Part shown: piece by piece, positions 18,766 through 27,802 of the stretch | How positions within the stretch are numbered: the first letter of the stretch is position 1 | Layout of the letters: each line of letters opens with the position of its first letter | From: a virus | Taxonomy: Duplodnaviria > Caudoviricetes | IMG/VR virus record: IMGVR_UViG_3300025392_000466 | Span: 1 to 52,421 of that record | Length of the DNA: 52,421 nucleotides | Reading direction: 5' to 3' (one strand) | Notes under the pieces: generated by a model | The model's database searches: none | What the model was told of the DNA's origin: nothing | What the model saw: only the letters and a program-made list of their open reading frames with translations | Made by a program: the position numbers and the translations under genes

Positions 18766-19781
18766 TTGTACCAGCCGCAGGACTTTCTAGTCGTTTCCCC
18801 AACATGAAACCAAAGTATCTGCTATTTGACTATGAACATAAAATGATGTTACAAAAGGCTGTTGCAGACTATCCTGATTGCAACATTACAGTTGGCATTC
18901 TAAGTGAACATAATGCAGCATTTGATGCAGAAAAGTTTATCAACCACCAATTTGGCCATAGAGTTAAAGTTGTCATCATTAAAGAACTGACAAAAGGTCC
19001 AGCCGACACGGTTTATCAAATCTTACAGTCTGCCGGAATCTCTGATGATGCTGAATTCTTGGTAAAAGACTGTGATAGTTTCTTTACACACACAAAGACA
19101 CCAGGTAACTATATCTGCGTTTCAGATATTGCTGAACATGAAGTTCTCAACCGTCTTAAAGCAAAAAGTTTTGTTGTATCCAACGAGCAAGGTATTATAA
19201 CTGATATTATTGAGAAGCGTGTGGTTTCCAATAAGTTCTGTGTTGGTGGATATAAGTTTGAATCGGTTAGTGAATACAAAAAAGCATTTGAATCAATTTC
19301 ATCAGAAAGTGAAATCTTTGTATCTGATGTAATTTCTATCATGTTGCATGACGGAAAGATTTTCACCGAGAAACTCATCTCTAATTATGTTGATGTTGGT
19401 ACCGCACAAGAATGGTTCAAGTATAATGACAAGCCCGTAATCTTCTGTGATATTGATGGTACAATTATCAAAGCACAAAGACGAGTTGGCATCAATTCAT
19501 ATGATGATGAACCAGAAGTGATGACAAAGAATGTTGAGAGGTTGTTAGAATATGAACGAAATGGTTCATTGATTATCTTCACAACAGCTAGAGAAAAGGA
19601 CCAAGAATGGGTCACTAGGGCAATGTTGGCTAGATTGGGATTCAAATCAAATCAATTGATTATTGGTCTACCCAATGCTAGACGCATTCTTATCAACGAT
19701 TTTGATAACAGCAATCCTCATCCTAGAGCAGAAGCCATCAATATCTACCGTAACACCGACACATTGGACCATTACCTATGA
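18756..19781 (+). CDS. NTP-transferase fused to HAD-family domain
   Basis: IVPAAGLSSRF..KPK N-terminus; DVGT; C-terminal CDIDGT and TTAR. Confidence 0.8.
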   Translation: MEIIVPAAGLSSRFPNMKPKYLLFDYEHKMMLQKAVADYPDCNITVGILSEHNAAFDAEKFINHQFGHRVKVVIIKELTKGPADTVYQILQSAGISDDAEFLVKDCDSFFTHTKTPGNYICVSDIAEHEVLNRLKAKSFVVSNEQGIITDIIEKRVVSNKFCVGGYKFESVSEYKKAFESISSESEIFVSDVISIMLHDGKIFTEKLISNYVDVGTAQEWFKYNDKPVIFCDIDGTIIKAQRRVGINSYDDEPEVMTKNVERLLEYERNGSLIIFTTAREKDQEWVTRAMLARLGFKSNQLIIGLPNARRILINDFDNSNPHPRAEAINIYRNTDTLDHYL

Positions 19782-20470
19782 GTTTTATACCAGACAAGAA
19801 TTTGTTTCTTGTAACTTCAGCAATTAAATGTAGAAATGTGAAATTCTGGAGTCACGAACAGCGGTTTCAACAAACTGTATTAACCGTTGAATCAATACGT
19901 AAACAAGTACCAGAAGCAAGTATCATTTTGGCTGACGCATCAATTATACCACTGACAGAAGATGAACATAAACAATTACAGCCTTATGTAAACATATTCA
20001 TGGACATGAACCAAGTTCCAGATGTGAATAAGTTTTCTTCTGCTGGTATGCAAGCTTGGGCTGAAGGTGCATTAATGTTAAATGCATTACATATGTTGAA
20101 ACAACAGCCTTGTATTAAGGATGTTAAACGAATCTTCAAGGTTTCTGGTCGTTCCATATTGGAGCCAGAATTCAATCTAAGTGATTACGATAACTTATTT
20201 GGTAAATATGTATTCAAAAAACGTATTCCCACTTGGATGCCACAAGTAACCCATGGTGCAACTGACTTGTTGATTACTAGAATGTTGTCATTTTGTCCGT
20301 CTTTGATTGACAATTATATGGAAGTGACACAGAAAAACTTCCCATTGTTTCAATTTATGGACTTTGAACATGCACATTTTGTCAACATTCCAAAAGAACA
20401 TTTAGTTGAATTTGATAAAATTCACTGTTCTGGCTGGTTGGCAGGTAACGGACAAGTCGAAAAATATTGA
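19778..20470 (+). CDS. hypothetical protein, glycosyltransferase-like
   Basis: LVTSAI...ILADAS...RIFKVSGR; last gene of the sugar cluster. Confidence 0.5.
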   Translation: MSFIPDKNLFLVTSAIKCRNVKFWSHEQRFQQTVLTVESIRKQVPEASIILADASIIPLTEDEHKQLQPYVNIFMDMNQVPDVNKFSSAGMQAWAEGALMLNALHMLKQQPCIKDVKRIFKVSGRSILEPEFNLSDYDNLFGKYVFKKRIPTWMPQVTHGATDLLITRMLSFCPSLIDNYMEVTQKNFPLFQFMDFEHAHFVNIPKEHLVEFDKIHCSGWLAGNGQVEKY

Positions 20471-20477
20471 CTATGTA

Positions 20478-20518
20478 GTGAACCGAAACTCTCCACGGTT
20501 TGAGTGTGTGAACCGAAA
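20478..20518 (+). repeat. 11-bp direct repeat GTGAACCGAAA x2
   Basis: Copies at 20478-20488 and 20508-20518, 30-bp period. Confidence 0.8.
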
Positions 20519-20523
20519 AGTTA

Positions 20524-20559
20524 TATAAATAACTCCATGGCAATCATAGTGTATTGCAA
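20524..20559 (+). promoter_or_regulatory. late promoter plus leader hairpin (copy 1)
   Basis: TATAAATA-N5-ATGGCAATCATAGTGTATTGCAA. Confidence 0.8.
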
Positions 20560-20577
20560 TTCAATTGGAGCTGATTA

Positions 20578-21618
20578 ATGTTAACTTTTTTAAGTTTTCT
20601 CGGAGAAGATGTTGGATTTATAACGTCCACCGGTAAAAATCAATACGACATCGACAGACATAGAAAAAATTATATCTTACCATACCTGGGAAGTAAAGAT
20701 TACACACATACGCTTGGAAAATTCCACGATGATGGTGAACATGGTATTCCTGCCGGCACAAAATTAAAATTGCACAGAGAAGTTCACGTTGATGGAAAAC
20801 CACACCTGGAAGCCACAGCGGAGAATACCGGTCTAAAACACCTAATACCGGTAAACAAAATAAAAAAACCATATGGACATTCCAATAAGGGTTTTGAATT
20901 TGAAAACAAGTTTATTGAACATTTGAAAAAACATGGTTTAATGGAACACGATGCCAAAGGAGCTGGTGCATCTGCTGGCAACGATTTTTATCTAAAAGAT
21001 AAAATCAAAAATGTTAAACATAAAGGTGAAGTTCATCCAGAATCATCTATTTGGAAAAATAAAAACTTTACGGGTGAAACTAAACTAAACAAAACCGCAG
21101 CATTTGGTCAAGCAACGGTTCATTTTGACGAAAAAAAAGGTGGTTGGCATATTCCAGAACACACCAGACAAAAACGACCAGAATATTGTAAACATTTAGA
21201 AAAATCTGGTATACTGGAATTGTTAAATCAGCATCAGCATCCAAAGAATGCAACTCCCGGTAAAAAAGCAAAAGACCTTTCTTTGGACCATCCCAATTTG
21301 GATCCAGCAAATTCTTACTTGAAAGACCATCATGTAGACGTTTTACATGTTGGCTCACATGGAACATATAAAGTAGGAAAAGAAGATAAAACTGGCCACG
21401 GTCTGCCGGAGTTCAAGGGCGAAGGTCGTTGGATTTCTAAAGAGAAACACAAAGACGATTATAAGAGAACAATTCAATTCTCGGTGAGACATGCCGATAA
21501 AAGTCATGTAGATTTGGGTAAAGATGAACATGCACATGCAATGGCTAAAACTTTAGGACACCTAAAAGAAGATGTGCCAGAAAATCACGAAGAACACGGT
21601 ACACCATTTGATAAGTAA
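20578..21618 (+). CDS. His-rich PD-(D/E)XK nuclease-like protein, probable internal head protein
   Basis: N-terminus MLTFLSFLGE; GFEFE...NDF...GETK; 34 His in 346 aa by hand count. Confidence 0.6.
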   Translation: MLTFLSFLGEDVGFITSTGKNQYDIDRHRKNYILPYLGSKDYTHTLGKFHDDGEHGIPAGTKLKLHREVHVDGKPHLEATAENTGLKHLIPVNKIKKPYGHSNKGFEFENKFIEHLKKHGLMEHDAKGAGASAGNDFYLKDKIKNVKHKGEVHPESSIWKNKNFTGETKLNKTAAFGQATVHFDEKKGGWHIPEHTRQKRPEYCKHLEKSGILELLNQHQHPKNATPGKKAKDLSLDHPNLDPANSYLKDHHVDVLHVGSHGTYKVGKEDKTGHGLPEFKGEGRWISKEKHKDDYKRTIQFSVRHADKSHVDLGKDEHAHAMAKTLGHLKEDVPENHEEHGTPFDK

Positions 21619-21625
21619 ACAAACA

Positions 21626-21661
21626 TATAAATATCTCTATGGCAATCATAGTGTATTGCAA
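21626..21661 (+). promoter_or_regulatory. late promoter plus leader hairpin (copy 2)
   Basis: TATAAATA-N5-ATGGCAATCATAGTGTATTGCAA, 23-mer identical to copy 1. Confidence 0.8.
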
Positions 21662-21675
21662 GTCTAAAGGTAAAC

Positions 21676-22854
21676 ATGAGAACTTTCAAATCTCTACTCA
21701 AAGAGGAAGCTGACGAATCCAAACTGAAGCACATCACGCATGTGGAAGACCATGCCATACATGGTGGTGCTGAGGGGTTCAATCACGCTGTTGGAGTACT
21801 AAATCAGGTAAGAAAACACATCAAAGCGGGTAAAAATGATCCTACTTTGACGATGAAACATGATGGTTCGCCAAGTATTGTTTACGGACACCATCCAGAA
21901 ACTGGCAAATTCTTTGTTGCTTCCAAATCTGCATTTAACGTAAATCCAAAAGTTAATTACACAGAAAAAGACATTGAAGCAAATCACGGTCATGCACCTG
22001 GTCTTGTTGCTAAACTAAAAGACGCATTACACCACTTACCTAAAGTTGCACCAAAATCTGGTGTATATCAAGGCGACATGATGTTTGGCCATGGTGATAA
22101 GACCGAACATGATGGTAGAGTTCACTTCAAACCAAACACAATTAACTATTCTGCACCTAAAGATTCTGAAGAAGGCAAGAAAATCCGTAAGGCAAAAGTT
22201 GGTGTATATACCCACACACAATACCACGGCAAAACCTTGGCCGACATGAAGGCAGACTTTCATCCAGATTTATCGGGTTTCAAACAACATGCTGACGTGT
22301 ATCATAGAGAACCGGGACACGACACTTCTAAAGTTATGATGTCTAAACATGATGATGACCAATTTCATCACCACCTAGCATCAGCACAAGCATTACACGA
22401 CCTACACGGCAAACAGATGTATTCTGCTACAGAACCACACCGTAATGCTGGTGGTCCAATTGAAGCACACATTAATCAAACAGTTAGAACTGGTGAAAAA
22501 CCAAGTGTTCATGGACTAAGAAAATCTATTGAAGCTAAGTATGACAAAGACATTGCTAAGGTCAAAACACCAGCAGCAATTACTAGAAAAGAAGCAGAAA
22601 AGAAAGCTCATATTGAACATATAGATAACAATACACAACATTATGAGAATTTCTTCAAAATGCACAACCATTTACAAAAAGCCAAAGATTCATTGGTTCA
22701 TGTATTGGCTAGACACACAGGAGGTTTAGAACATACAGTTGGTGATGCATCAGTTAAACCAGAAGGTTTTGTTGCAACACACAAAGGCAAAGTTTCTAAA
22801 CTGAACGATAGACAAGAATTCAATAGACTTAACTTTTTAGCAAGACCACGATGA
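21676..22854 (+). CDS. His-rich protein with KxDG ligase/nucleotidyltransferase-like motif (DUF6267-like), probable internal head protein
   Basis: MRTFKSLLKEE N-terminus; TMKHDGSPS, QGDMMF, PEGFV motifs; 40 His in 392 aa. Confidence 0.65.
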   Translation: MRTFKSLLKEEADESKLKHITHVEDHAIHGGAEGFNHAVGVLNQVRKHIKAGKNDPTLTMKHDGSPSIVYGHHPETGKFFVASKSAFNVNPKVNYTEKDIEANHGHAPGLVAKLKDALHHLPKVAPKSGVYQGDMMFGHGDKTEHDGRVHFKPNTINYSAPKDSEEGKKIRKAKVGVYTHTQYHGKTLADMKADFHPDLSGFKQHADVYHREPGHDTSKVMMSKHDDDQFHHHLASAQALHDLHGKQMYSATEPHRNAGGPIEAHINQTVRTGEKPSVHGLRKSIEAKYDKDIAKVKTPAAITRKEAEKKAHIEHIDNNTQHYENFFKMHNHLQKAKDSLVHVLARHTGGLEHTVGDASVKPEGFVATHKGKVSKLNDRQEFNRLNFLARPR

Positions 22855-24653
22855 AATCATTTAGACAGTTAGTAGAAGAAAAAACCAAGTCAATTGTTAT
22901 GGCAATTGGCCGCATGAATCCGCCTACAAAAGGACATGAAGAAAATGTCAAAGGTATTCAAGACTTGGCTAAAAGAAATCATGCTGACCACATCATTGTG
23001 GCTTCACATGCACATGATGCTAAAAAGAATCCACTTGATGTCAAAACAAAAATGAAGCATATCAAACGTGCTTTTCCAGATGCAAATATTGTACCTGCAA
23101 CAAAAGAAGCACCCGGTCTATTGCATCATGCAGCAGAAATGCACAAAAAAGGTTACAACCATGCTATCGTTGCATCAGGTGAAGGTGCAGAAGCAAACTA
23201 TCACTTATTGAAGAAATACAATGGTGTAGAAGGCCGTCATGGTTACTTTAAGTTTGACCACATTGAACAACAATCAACTGGCGAACGTAAACCTGGTATT
23301 TCTGGCACTGACATGCGTAATCATGTTAAAAATGGTAATTTCAATGAATTCAAAAAGAATCTACCAACAAATATTCAAAAACATCCACAACATGCAACAG
23401 AATTGTTCCACGATGTAACTAAAGGTATGGGTCTACATGAATCTACCAATCGTGGCCACGGCAAAGCAATCTTTGTTACTGGTGGTCCTGGTTCTGGCAA
23501 AGATGTTGTTATCCGTGAGTGTATCGCAGAACAGAACATTGTAGAATTAAACTTCCAACAAGTTATGGACATTATGAACGACAAGCACAGGTTGGCTATG
23601 CGTTCTATGAATCCTAAGATGGAAGCAATTCGTCAACGTGGTCCACTTATCATTAATGGACCTGCCGATGATTATGAAAAGATTTCACATATCAAAGAAG
23701 AATTGGAAGAACTGGGTTATAAGACCATGATGGTTTTTGTTGATACAACAGACCAAGTTAGCCAAGAAAGAAATACATTATTGTCTAGAATGATGGTGGA
23801 ATCTATTCGCCATGCTCGTTGGGCAGAAGCACAAAAGAATATTACAAATTTCTCCGAATTGTTTGAAAGTTTCTCTCGTTTTGATAATACTGGAGACTTG
23901 GAAGAAAAAGTTAGTGACATTGCTGACTTGTTTGTGGAAACAACCAAATTCTTGGACAATGGTTCAATACATTATTCCAGTGCAAATAAATTCTTGCAAA
24001 TCTATGAAGGCTCAAAGTCTATTCAAAGAACCAATTTGAAAGATAAAGGACTAAATGTATTGAAAGACAACAACAGTCCAGTTATGCAATTTGCCGCAAA
24101 ACTAGGTCGTAGAGATGATGTTAGAGATGGTGATATCAAAATGAATACTGGTTATACACCTAGAATTGGTGGTGGTAGCACATATGCAGAAGATAAAAAT
24201 CCAGTAATGGTTAAGGCTCCAGAACCAAAAGTTTCAAATTTCAATAGAGATGCCGATTCCAATAGAAAAAGAAAAGTTGGTGACAAGTCTCTAACTGCTG
24301 CTAGAATAGGAAGTGTTGATGGTGTTGGTTCATCATATGACACAAGAGGTGGTTCTACTGGTGCCGCTAATGCAGGTCTTGGAGATAATACATACCATGA
24401 GGAAAGAGAATTTAGCAACGATGATGTTGCAAATTTTGCTGGTCAAACAAGAGGCGTAAGCCCAAATCCACTAGCAGAAAAGAATAAGAAATTGAAAAAG
24501 TTTAAGGAATCAATCTTTGATTTTGGTCAAGGAGATTCTGGTGTAGGTGGCACTCTTGGTGGTGCTGGTAATAAGGAAGACTTTGTTAAGCCATCAGAAA
24601 AGTTTGGCCAATCAGGTATAACAATTAAAAAGAAAAAAACAGGAGTAAAATAA
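22851..24653 (+). CDS. cytidylyltransferase-like domain plus P-loop kinase domain plus low-complexity tail
   Basis: MKSFRQLVEE; GRMNPPTKGH (HIGH-like) and ISGTDMR; GGPGSGKD Walker A. Confidence 0.8.
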   Translation: MKSFRQLVEEKTKSIVMAIGRMNPPTKGHEENVKGIQDLAKRNHADHIIVASHAHDAKKNPLDVKTKMKHIKRAFPDANIVPATKEAPGLLHHAAEMHKKGYNHAIVASGEGAEANYHLLKKYNGVEGRHGYFKFDHIEQQSTGERKPGISGTDMRNHVKNGNFNEFKKNLPTNIQKHPQHATELFHDVTKGMGLHESTNRGHGKAIFVTGGPGSGKDVVIRECIAEQNIVELNFQQVMDIMNDKHRLAMRSMNPKMEAIRQRGPLIINGPADDYEKISHIKEELEELGYKTMMVFVDTTDQVSQERNTLLSRMMVESIRHARWAEAQKNITNFSELFESFSRFDNTGDLEEKVSDIADLFVETTKFLDNGSIHYSSANKFLQIYEGSKSIQRTNLKDKGLNVLKDNNSPVMQFAAKLGRRDDVRDGDIKMNTGYTPRIGGGSTYAEDKNPVMVKAPEPKVSNFNRDADSNRKRKVGDKSLTAARIGSVDGVGSSYDTRGGSTGAANAGLGDNTYHEEREFSNDDVANFAGQTRGVSPNPLAEKNKKLKKFKESIFDFGQGDSGVGGTLGGAGNKEDFVKPSEKFGQSGITIKKKKTGVK

Positions 24654-25729
24654 TGTTTACTAAATCTCTAGTACCACAATCTTTGGTTGATGCAACAAAA
24701 GCAATCATGGAAGCAGACGAAAAGAAAAAGATGCTTCTAGAACCAGAATTAGATGAAACAGGTTTTCACAAAGCTGCACATGCCGCTAAGAGAGCAAACC
24801 AATCTCATTTTGAATTCCAAGGTAAAAGATATCCAGTAACAGCAAAACACCACTCTGAAGGTATGGTTCCTCCAGAAAAAATTGCTGCTCAAATCTCAAA
24901 GAAAAAAGATGACAAAGCAGCGGCATCTGGACACAGTGCTGACGTTAGAGAAGAAGATGAAAAGAAATCTTCTAATCCTTTTGACGTTCTAAAAGGTAAA
25001 TACATGAGTCAATTGCCTAAGAAACCAGGCGAATTGACTGGTCATGAACACAAGAAAACTTCTACTGGTGATGTGTACACCAAAAAAGCAGTGAAAGAAG
25101 AATCTCATCCAGATGAAAAAGAAGACAAAGCACTTGTTAAGAAAATGGTTAAAACATCCGCTTTGAAAAAAGAAGAAGATAAAGAAACTCGTTTATCTAA
25201 ACACAGCATGACAGAAGAAGGTGATTGCGTAACTGAACCACAAGCAAAGAAAATTGCTCACAAAGAAGTTGGCAAACACGAAAAAGAAATGCACAAAGAA
25301 GAACGTCACATGACTGCTTCTGAAAAAGAAAAACGTGAAAAAATTGTTAAGTCTATGAAAAAAGGCATTGCTGGTTTCAAAGACCGTTATGGTGACCGTG
25401 CTAAAAATGTAATGTATGCTACTGCTACAAAACAAGCCATGAAACATGAAGACCTTGGTGGTATCAGCACAATGAGCGAAGAAGATGACGTTCGTATTAA
25501 TCCAGGTGAAAACATGAAGACTAAAACTGTTGATACTCTAAAAGGACGTGAAAAAGTTCCTGCTGACTATCACAACAAGTCTCTTTCTTACAAAGTTAAG
25601 TTGAATGTTGAAGAAAAAACTTCACCAATGGAAGTTGCAAAAGAATTGGCTCGCAAATCTTTCAAAAAGATTAGAAATGAAACCATGATGGGTAAACTAG
25701 GCACTTCCGAGGAAAAGAAACATGACTAA
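24653..25729 (+). CDS. highly charged modular protein, probable internal head/scaffold-like polyprotein
   Basis: K/E-rich; many hydrophobic-x-E sites (IME, VRE, VKE, MTE, MSE). Confidence 0.65.
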   Translation: MFTKSLVPQSLVDATKAIMEADEKKKMLLEPELDETGFHKAAHAAKRANQSHFEFQGKRYPVTAKHHSEGMVPPEKIAAQISKKKDDKAAASGHSADVREEDEKKSSNPFDVLKGKYMSQLPKKPGELTGHEHKKTSTGDVYTKKAVKEESHPDEKEDKALVKKMVKTSALKKEEDKETRLSKHSMTEEGDCVTEPQAKKIAHKEVGKHEKEMHKEERHMTASEKEKREKIVKSMKKGIAGFKDRYGDRAKNVMYATATKQAMKHEDLGGISTMSEEDDVRINPGENMKTKTVDTLKGREKVPADYHNKSLSYKVKLNVEEKTSPMEVAKELARKSFKKIRNETMMGKLGTSEEKKHD

Positions 25730-26723
25730 AATGAAGGATGTGGTGAAAGGTGTTGCAAAACAATCTGCACCACCATCTAAAGGAAATGTGGATCCTAGCG
25801 ATCCATGGTCTGCTACCGGTGCAGGTGGTGGACTTCAAATTCCAGAAAATGTAACCTCACGCCGTGCAGACTTGCTATCCAAGTTCTATAAAGCTAAAGG
25901 TTACAACATTAACTATGTCAGCAAAAACCAAAGAGTTGGTCAAGCTAAGACTGGTGAATTTGAAAAATGGAAACGTGACCATGGCATCTATGAAGAAGAT
26001 GATGTTAATGAAGATTTAACAACAAAATATAATGGTAAACATACAGGTGCACCAGATATACGTTCAGATATTTCCAAATCTCCAACTCTAAAAAGAAAAC
26101 AACAACTGGATCAAGCAGCATCACATTATGCAATTCCAACTCCAGCAGGCACTATGAAGCGCACAAAAAATGAAGAAGTTGTGAACGAAATCAGTGATAC
26201 AACTGCTAAAAATTACATGAAAGGTGCTTTGCACGACACAATTACTGGTAAAAAAGACCGTAATGCTGGTTTGTCAAAAGCAATTTCTAGACTTGCTGGT
26301 AATAACAAGCCACTTTTGGATGCACCAAAGATGAAAACTGAGGACAACATTAACGATCCTCAATGTGCAACTCAATCTCCGTTTGATGGTGCAAATACAA
26401 CTAATGATGTTGCTCCTAAGAAATCTAAAGCTGCTAAAATGGTCAAAGAAATCTATGCAAAACATAGATTGAAAGAAGATTTGTATGACCATGAAAAAGA
26501 TGACAAAGGTCCTGGTACCAATGTTAAACCACCAAAAGTCGTTAAAAAACAAGAGGTTAATGATGACAATGAAAAAGGAACCAATGCTCGCATGGTTCTA
26601 AAAGGTGGAACCACTCTTACTGGAGAGAAACGTGACACGATTGAAATTGATCCAATGATGAAAAATCGTGGCAAACAACCAGACTATATTGCTACAAATA
26701 CAGGCAAAAAATCAATTCAATAA
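25722..26723 (+). CDS. charged modular protein, probable internal head protein
   Basis: K-rich segments separated by IYE, VNE, LKE sites. Confidence 0.6.
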   Translation: MTKMKDVVKGVAKQSAPPSKGNVDPSDPWSATGAGGGLQIPENVTSRRADLLSKFYKAKGYNINYVSKNQRVGQAKTGEFEKWKRDHGIYEEDDVNEDLTTKYNGKHTGAPDIRSDISKSPTLKRKQQLDQAASHYAIPTPAGTMKRTKNEEVVNEISDTTAKNYMKGALHDTITGKKDRNAGLSKAISRLAGNNKPLLDAPKMKTEDNINDPQCATQSPFDGANTTNDVAPKKSKAAKMVKEIYAKHRLKEDLYDHEKDDKGPGTNVKPPKVVKKQEVNDDNEKGTNARMVLKGGTTLTGEKRDTIEIDPMMKNRGKQPDYIATNTGKKSIQ

Positions 26724-26755
26724 ATAGGTAGATTACCCTTCAAGGAGATATAAAC

Positions 26756-27388
26756 ATGTCAGCATGGTCAAATACAGACGCATTTAGTAACCAAGGCAAA
26801 CCAAAAATGGATGCTTTGAGAGTTACAAGAGAAAACGTACAACTTACTGTTACTACCGGTAATACCGCAGGTAATAATGTTATTACAGTTTCTTATTACG
26901 ATGGTGGACTAAACAACGTAGCCAACATTGGTATTACAGCAGGTCAATACGTATATTTCTGGGCTAATGGCTTCGGTGATAACAAAGGTGGCCAAGCAGG
27001 TAATGGTATTCCTGGTTTCATTGCTTCAAATACAACTGTTGCTTCCACAAGCGGCAACACAATTACTTTGGGCACTGCACTATTTAATACCGTTAGCGCA
27101 GGTTTTGGTGTTGAGTTTGACAAAGCCATTGTTTATAACACAAACAAAACAATGCAAAAAACATACGGTGCAGATACAGTTTTGGTTACAGCAACTCGTT
27201 TGGCTAATAACACAGTTAATATGGGTAACCAAGTTCCAGGTTGGACTCACATCCAAAAGAAAGTTATGAATGGCGACACTGCTAATGCTCGTTACATCCA
27301 CGAAACATTGGTTGCTTTGGCTAATCCAACTGCCGCAAACACAAACTCTGGCAACACAAGCTGGGGTCAAGCGTTTACCGGTCTATAA
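26756..27388 (+). CDS. putative virion structural protein (beta-rich)
   Basis: Strong SD AAGGAG; G/N/T-rich; GW...ETLVA C-terminal pattern; near-consensus late promoter AATAAATA at 26719. Confidence 0.6.
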   Translation: MSAWSNTDAFSNQGKPKMDALRVTRENVQLTVTTGNTAGNNVITVSYYDGGLNNVANIGITAGQYVYFWANGFGDNKGGQAGNGIPGFIASNTTVASTSGNTITLGTALFNTVSAGFGVEFDKAIVYNTNKTMQKTYGADTVLVTATRLANNTVNMGNQVPGWTHIQKKVMNGDTANARYIHETLVALANPTAANTNSGNTSWGQAFTGL

Positions 27389-27394
27389 TAAGGA

Positions 27395-27410
27395 TGGGAC
27401 TTCGGTCCCA
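27395..27410 (+). promoter_or_regulatory. C(UUCG)G hairpin between SD and start codon
   Basis: TGGGAC-TTCG-GTCCCA between AAGGA (27390-27394) and ATG 27416; no U-tract. Confidence 0.7.
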
Positions 27411-27415
27411 ACATT

Positions 27416-27802
27416 ATGTTTGATGATTTGAATGAAGATAATTTTGTGATGTATGCGGTTAAGTGTTACACATCCACTAGCTGTCTTATGTCTGAATTTG
27501 AAGGAGACTTGAAAAGAACAAAGTATCTTAAAAGGCTCCTTCGTAGATATAAGATAACTAAGAATCTTAAAGAGAGATTGATACTTAATCACATCATATT
27601 ACTTAATAATGTATTTGGTGTTGAAGCAACCGCAAGAATATTGTTTTTTAGAATTGACGAGAAGGACTATGATGTACTCAAGACCTTCTTACTGTATCTA
27701 AATATATTACCAGAAGTGGTTGTCGGCATTAGAGGCAAGAATATAAGAACGGACATAATTCCAGTGGACATGAAAGTAGCAGACATACTGAGGAAAATAT
27801 GA
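27416..27802 (+). CDS. conserved T4-like hypothetical protein
   Basis: EFEGDLKR.KYLKRL...ERLILNHIILLNNVFG pattern. Confidence 0.75.
   Translation: MFDDLNEDNFVMYAVKCYTSTSCLMSEFEGDLKRTKYLKRLLRRYKITKNLKERLILNHIILLNNVFGVEATARILFFRIDEKDYDVLKTFLLYLNILPEVVVGIRGKNIRTDIIPVDMKVADILRKI

Noticed and set aside
27395-27410. Intrinsic terminator
   Set aside because: No U-tract; position between SD and ATG fits a translational hairpin better
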